The position numbers were made by a program, and so were the translations under genes. A DNA stretch of 26,053 nt from NCBI GenBank assembly GCA_010093995.1, contig ML992511.1, positions 1,268,172 to 1,294,224 on the forward strand, given 5' to 3'. Origin of the DNA: Elsinoe ampelina (taxonomy: Eukaryota). Numbering within the stretch: position 1 is the first letter of the stretch; every line of letters starts with the position of its first letter. Positions 20,723-26,053 of the stretch are shown here, in pieces. The notes under the pieces are model-generated. The model saw nothing but the letters and a program-made list of their open reading frames with translations, was not told the DNA's origin and did no database searches.

Positions 20723-22489
20723 ATGGCCCGCGTGCGCATCCGTCCATCGATCCTTGAAAAGGGCGATCTGTCATGGCGACGAGAGAGGACGAGTGATGAG
20801 CATGGAAGTCCGCAGACCGCCAATATACCATCCACAGCAGAACGAGCCGCTGGAGATGAGGAGGTGACAAGAGCCGCGAACCACTCGGAAAACCAGAACG
20901 ACGCAAATGCGGCAATGACAGAGGACGACGCCCCTTCCCCATTTCACAATAACTTCGACTTTTCCTCCCAGGCAACTCCATCCTCACGCGAACTGTGCAT
21001 CGAGGCGGTCGCGATCCCCTATGATGATCCGCGAAGTGGTACACTGGGATCGTGCTGCGCTTCAGCCATGGATACACCAATCAGGCAGGTGTCTCTACGG
21101 CGCACCGTCGAGTCAAAGCTGAAAAGTACCGGTACCGATGGTAAGCTGAGACCAATCAAGCGCGCAAAACCAGACGAGTCGGGCTCAAGGAGACCGACCA
21201 CTCGCGGCAGCTCCTCTGATAGTAGGAATGGTCGCCGGGGATCGAGGAACGACAGGAACTGGGTTAGAAGGGAGGACGATTTACAAGTGGCAAACTCGGG
21301 GAGACAAAGCCTCCCGCACGACAGCGAGCGCGCCATATTGACGGATTTCAGTGGAGAACCTGGCACGAAGCCCGGCAATACTTGGAATGCGGCTCGCGAA
21401 GGACACAGCCACCCCTCTCGACGAGGACAGATCAAGTCAAGGCTGACCAGAGCCCCTGTACGTTCGACATCGGACACCCTTGCAACATATCAGATGAACG
21501 AGCATGGACGACTCCGGGACTTCTCGGACGGCGTCAACACTCCCGACGCACCTCGGTCGCGGCTCGAGGGATCTCCATCAAAGCGAATGTATGGGGAGAG
21601 GACAATGCATCAATCGTTCCAGTACGCTCACTTGCGCGTGGCAGTGAACGTGCCCATTTGCTCTGCTTCGACTGCCTCGAATTGGACCATCTTCGAGACG
21701 TTTGAGGACAGCGATACGGAGCAGACCAGCGCTCGACGCCGCTCCAGTGACGACATGCACGTGAATGAAGAGGAGGGGAATGCATCTCCAAGAAGTGACC
21801 GGTCCAGCCAGTGCACAATAACACCGCTAGGAGGCAGGGCAGAAGAAGGCAGCGGTCGGGTTAAAGCTCGCGAACGACTGGCTGAGGTCGATGGAAAAGC
21901 CGCGAAAGGTACACCCGAGCTCCCAGCTGCTGCCGAGCTGTACAAGGTCGTGTGGGAGGACAAAGTCCATAGGAGGGCGGGCGGTCGACCCATCCGACGT
22001 AACCAGATTCGACCAGCGAAAAGGGGCAGAGGACTTACGGCGGTAGTACCTTGGGCGAGCCTCGCGCGGCTGGAAGCTGTCGAGTACGGCGATCCAGTGA
22101 ATGCTCAGGAATGCCGTCGAGGCGAAGACGTCTACATCTATATCAACTCTACGCAGTCGGATCCAGCCCGCATACTTGATATCCGAGACTTGGGCGATGG
22201 ACGGAAAGTGTTGGCGGTTGTATGGCTGTACGATCGTGATGAAGCAACACGTACGGGCCTGCCTGAAAGCGCTTGGCCAGACGGGGCGTCTAGGATGCTT
22301 GTCAATTGGCTCCAGATCGTCCTGTGGGACACGATTGCAGGGCCAGTGTCCCCGACCGAGATGCACGTCGCCAGCAAAACTATCCTGGATTGCTGTTGCA
22401 ACCCAGTCAAGCTCCGCACCGATGACGAGTACGAGGTCGCGTGGATCAACCGAGTAGGATTGGAGGATGAGAACGAAGATGCTGGGTGA
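20723..22489 (+). CDS. Large disordered protein with a C-terminal BAH-like domain; true start uncertain
   Basis: About 590-codon ORF with an Arg/Ser/acidic low-complexity N-part. The C-terminal GEDVYIYIN..DPARILDIRD..VLAVVWLYDRDE..MLVNWLQIVLWDTIAGPV follows the BAH pattern GD.V...A.I..I...V.WxY...I.G. Confidence 0.68.
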   Translation: MARVRIRPSILEKGDLSWRRERTSDEHGSPQTANIPSTAERAAGDEEVTRAANHSENQNDANAAMTEDDAPSPFHNNFDFSSQATPSSRELCIEAVAIPYDDPRSGTLGSCCASAMDTPIRQVSLRRTVESKLKSTGTDGKLRPIKRAKPDESGSRRPTTRGSSSDSRNGRRGSRNDRNWVRREDDLQVANSGRQSLPHDSERAILTDFSGEPGTKPGNTWNAAREGHSHPSRRGQIKSRLTRAPVRSTSDTLATYQMNEHGRLRDFSDGVNTPDAPRSRLEGSPSKRMYGERTMHQSFQYAHLRVAVNVPICSASTASNWTIFETFEDSDTEQTSARRRSSDDMHVNEEEGNASPRSDRSSQCTITPLGGRAEEGSGRVKARERLAEVDGKAAKGTPELPAAAELYKVVWEDKVHRRAGGRPIRRNQIRPAKRGRGLTAVVPWASLARLEAVEYGDPVNAQECRRGEDVYIYINSTQSDPARILDIRDLGDGRKVLAVVWLYDRDEATRTGLPESAWPDGASRMLVNWLQIVLWDTIAGPVSPTEMHVASKTILDCCCNPVKLRTDDEYEVAWINRVGLEDENEDAG

Positions 22490-23792
22490 GACGGCACCGT
22501 CACATTTGCACTGGGAATCTTGGTTGCTCCCGAATGGCGCCGTAGAGCTTATCTATGCCGTGCAGAGATACTCTCTTGCTACGACAACACACAAAGCCTT
22601 GGTCCACTTCATCATGAGTAAGATCGTCGAAGAATGTGTTCTGATTACCATGGAGAAGCGGGACGCCCGCGACGGTCTGGAACTGTCGTCCTTACAACGG
22701 TCAGGCTGACTTATCCGTCTCGCCTCTCTTTCCTGACCTTGAGGGAGTATCTATCTCGCCACCAATCTTGAGGTGTAAGATGATGTCACGAACCGTTTGC
22801 ACCAGAATCATGCTCTTGAAGCAGGTCAGGCGGAGAACTGGTATCTCTGTTTCTATGGCAGTGTGGCACTGTGACGAGCCGGAGCAATAGGATCTTGTTC
22901 AGCAACGATGTACGATCGAAAGATTTGTCAAAGCCCTGCCCCGGAAATTCCAAACTTCGCTACCTGGACGAGATCGGCTACAATCCTTTCTTACATGTGG
23001 GATAACTGAATATGTGTCCTGCCGTCGTCACGATCACTCCCTGTGATTGCGAATGATAGGCGATGGACGCTTCAGTCTGGTCGCGCCAGGTCCGTAACAC
23101 CAAAACGCGGAATTGAGAGGTGCAGATTGCGGTCGGCTAAAGCAAGCTTGGATGTGCTCGCTGGACTTCACCACTGGAAGATTTCGCGAGCGGACAACGA
23201 AGCCTGTTTGTTGTCAACGTACTGGGTAAAATGGTAGTGGTAACCTCGTTCCAGTGGCAGCACGCGGCGTTGTTCGGCGGGAATGATCAGTGTATGCCGG
23301 AAAAGAGCGGGTGCTAGGCACACTTGAATTGAGCCATGGTGGAAGATGCCAGATGTACAGATTTTCGTTCTCAGAGAAGTGGCGAAGACTCTCACGACTT
23401 CTCCTCAGTTGCATTTAGTGTTAAGATAAATGACTTACCATCAAACTGGCCTCTTCCTGGACGGCCAGTTGCACTAGGACACTTAAATCCCGTGCCCCAC
23501 ATGACTTCCCTTTCCTCAATGGACATGACTTACCTGAGAGAATCACGGAGGAGCAGCAAGATGTTTACTCGTGGTCACCCTTGTTTGGAATTCGATGATT
23601 TCAATTAAGCAAGGTAAAGGAGTTCTATGCTAAATTTACGGATAACTAGCTTCATACCACTTCAAGTTAGTACTATCTTGTGTCTTTCGCGCCGACGAAC
23701 CTCTACTGTTACCCTTGCCTTTCAGCACTATATGCCCTTTTCGATAGGAAGTGCCTGACCATGACACGAGATATCAAGCAAAGGATCATACC

Positions 23793-24560
23793 TCAAACAC
23801 AACTGGTCAGCGTCAGCAATGGCAACATAGATTGGGATGACCACCGCCAGATATACGTCGCCGCGAAATCATCATAAGCATAAGAGTACGCTCTCGGGCA
23901 AGCTTGCTTTAGAGCCGGGCTGGATGCGGGACACCTCGTGGGATCATTGAACATTCCCCTGCAGCATGCTTCATCGGTCCCCAGCAGAGTGCAGTTCGAT
24001 AGGCAGCTCTGTTCCGGCCCTACGAAGGCTTGCCGGAAGCTGTCTGCATCCATCACATTGACGATCCTGTTGTTGACGGGGCATGTCCAGTCTGGTGGTG
24101 GTCGGCAGGTGATTGGGTGGCAGGGCTGGCCGTCAGTCACATTGCTGCAACCCTGGGGCGGCGTGATGGTCCACGGATTGGTATAGGCATTGACATTGGA
24201 GATGTCCAGCCACAGTACATGAGCATCGAAATCCACGGTCGCCTCGACCAGACTGCCTGTAGCGCTGGAGGGTCCAGTGGCTTCCGATGCGTCGTCGTCT
24301 ATCCAACCGACGAAGGTGGATTGTCTCGTGGAAGAATTCGGACTGAAAGAAAAGTCAGCACTCTGCATCGGGCGGAGGCGGGTCACGGTGGGATGGACAA
24401 AGCCCGCCGTACTAGGAACCTGAAAGTGCATGTTGACGTCCTGCACGCATTTGTTTACCACTTGCACGGTGTAGCCATCGGATGTGGTGACTGCGGATGC
24501 TTCAGCATACGGGACAATCGCAGCAGCTGCAGTAGCAAATACAAGAGAGTATGTCAACAT
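23793..24560 (-). CDS. Secreted thaumatin-like (PR-5/osmotin family) protein, 255 aa
   Basis: Signal peptide MLTYSLVFATAAAAIVPYAEA. Motifs VVNKC, SLVEAT, WLDISNVNAYT, CLSNC..EACCRG and LKQACPRAYSYAYDD. Intronless. Confidence 0.9.
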   Translation of the reverse strand: MLTYSLVFATAAAAIVPYAEASAVTTSDGYTVQVVNKCVQDVNMHFQVPSTAGFVHPTVTRLRPMQSADFSFSPNSSTRQSTFVGWIDDDASEATGPSSATGSLVEATVDFDAHVLWLDISNVNAYTNPWTITPPQGCSNVTDGQPCHPITCRPPPDWTCPVNNRIVNVMDADSFRQAFVGPEQSCLSNCTLLGTDEACCRGMFNDPTRCPASSPALKQACPRAYSYAYDDFAATYIWRWSSQSMLPLLTLTSCV

Positions 24561-24620
24561 ATTTTTTGGTTCGAGGGAGAATAATTTACGGGGAAAATTT
24601 CTTGTTGGGTTCTCTAAGGG

Positions 24621-24630
24621 TATATATAAA
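24621..24630 (-). promoter_or_regulatory. TATA box of the thaumatin-like gene
   Basis: TTTATATATA on the minus strand about 60-70 bp upstream of the ATG at 24560. Confidence 0.5.
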
Positions 24631-24952
24631 GGAGATGACATGTCATATAACGTGATGTCCCCTATATGAGCGCCAGAGTCTACAAGCACTTGCCCTGGGT
24701 CATCAGGTAATCACTTGTTCCAGCTTCCTCGCCTGGATTGTGCGACTTTCTTTGCAATTTCTACCCCCTGAACAACGCTTTGCATCGGCCGCCGATCCAG
24801 CGGGACTCATCGCCACCTTCGTTTTCAAGGTTGGACAAGGTCATCGCCATGGCAGCTGTCCAAAGTCGATATCCGTATGACTGCATTGCTGTCATGACAC
24901 AGCCACTTGACAAGGCTGCTTTACATTCCAGCCAGGTGACGTGAGGCGGATA

Positions 24953-25674
24953 ATGAGCAGCGCCAATGCACTTCCCCATCTGACACGACACAGGTACAAT
25001 GAGCAACCCGAAACAGAGCAGCAACTCTCTTTCAGGGATGTGAACCAGCATCTACAGAAGTTGGCAGAGATCTGTGGTCGATGCGACCTCGAGAAGTGCT
25101 ACAGCCTGCATCTGATTCACAGGCACTGCGATCTTCAAGAGAATATGATTATGCTCGGGACCGACATAGAGGAGGTTAAGGGGATCTGGTTCAAACCCAG
25201 GCAGATTCGGGAAGTCGATCCTGCGACCGCACGCGGAGCATTTTCAAGATTGACGAAGGCCGTCGTCTCGCCCCGATCAAATTCTTGTCTGCCACCGAGT
25301 CATCGACAAACAATACGAAAGCGATTGACGATGCAGAGTTCTTCCGTGACTTCGCAATGGACGTAGGAGGACACGGCCTCAGACATACAATTGGCCTTGG
25401 ACTCGTACGACAGGGCCCCGAGGATATGATCGAATTCGACTTCGGAAGTTGCGGTACATTGTCTCTGAAGGCGATCGAGGCGCGATATGGTCCTATCACT
25501 CACGTCACAGAATGGACAATAGCCAAAGGTGTCAACGGCGTCAATTCTTGTAAAGGCAATACTGCCCACGCGCCGACGACCGGAGACCCTCACAAAGTCT
25601 TCATTGACGGCAAGCTTCCTCAAGATGATGAGGCACTATTGCAAAAGTACGGCGTGCTCGCTGTGCCTTCTTGA
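24953..25674 (+). pseudogene. Frameshifted hypothetical fungal protein (~240 aa)
   Basis: The ORF starting at 24953 (YSLHLIHRHCDL...WFKP..VDP) continues in another frame near 25238 as IFKIDEGRRLAPIKF...FFRDFA...MIEFDF...HKVFIDGK. No splice signals at the junction. Confidence 0.6.
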
Positions 25675-25958
25675 AGCCGCTAAGGCAGGCTGTCAAAGTC
25701 TTGATCCACGCACATTTCACCATTTGTAATTCGGTACTGTTGGGAATGAACACAAATTTAGGAACGTGCTCGTAGAAATCATGCAGCGTCTACTTTAATT
25801 GTGATGTCGCTGTTGTGCGAGGCTATCAATGTTTTGCTTCTGCTGATACACTGGCAATATATTTTACAAAGATGTCACCTCTAGGTTGTATTGATGCTTT
25901 CATGTAAGTGAGCGAGTCAATTGTCCGATGTATTCGGAAGAGCATTTCCGTGGACTGA

Positions 25959-26053
25959 TTAGGGTTAGGGTTAGGGTTAGGGTTAGGGTTAGGGTTAGGG
26001 TTAGGGTTAGGGTTAGGGTTAGGGTTAGGGTTAGGGTTAGGGTTAGGGTTAGG
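25959..26053 (+). repeat. Telomere (TTAGGG)n, 15 full copies plus a partial copy to the sequence end
   Basis: Perfect TTAGGG array with the G-rich strand running 5'->3' towards the end. Confidence 0.99.

Noticed and set aside
22495..23620. Protein-like minus-strand segments (e.g. QTVRDIILHLKIGG, FFDDLTHDEVDQGF)
   Set aside because: Candidate intron phases do not join; it may be a relic but this is unsupported.
23793..24689. 298-aa version of the thaumatin ORF
   Set aside because: It starts at a non-ATG codon and runs through the TATA box; the signal peptide begins at 24560.
1..26053. Transposase, reverse transcriptase, Starship captain, telomere-linked RecQ helicase, tRNA/rRNA genes, CRISPR arrays
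   Set aside because: I recognised no motifs, terminal repeats or RNA-gene signatures for any of these by eye.

Overview
Fungal (ascomycete-type) chromosome end. The genes have short GT/GC-AG introns with CTRAC-type branch sites, and the window ends in a (TTAGGG)n telomere at 25959-26053. The left ~7.2 kb holds an apparently intact Zn2Cys6 transcription factor, truncated at its 5' end by the window. Three dead metabolic genes follow it: an intronless secreted metallo-beta-lactamase-fold gene, an MFS transporter and a class II aldolase. The distal ~18.6 kb is an accessory block of orphan or divergent genes. These are an 8-exon CCHC zinc-knuckle/Pro-rich gene invisible in the ORF track, a possible bHLH relic, an atypical Cys6 plus AT-hook-like protein, a divergent CSC1/OSCA channel, a stand-alone MTHFR-C-terminal/DUF6919-like protein, small orphans including a secreted one, a BAH-like protein, a thaumatin-like protein and a frameshifted hypothetical gene that ends 284 bp before the telomere. 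Family calls come from motif recognition by eye; no database searches were run.
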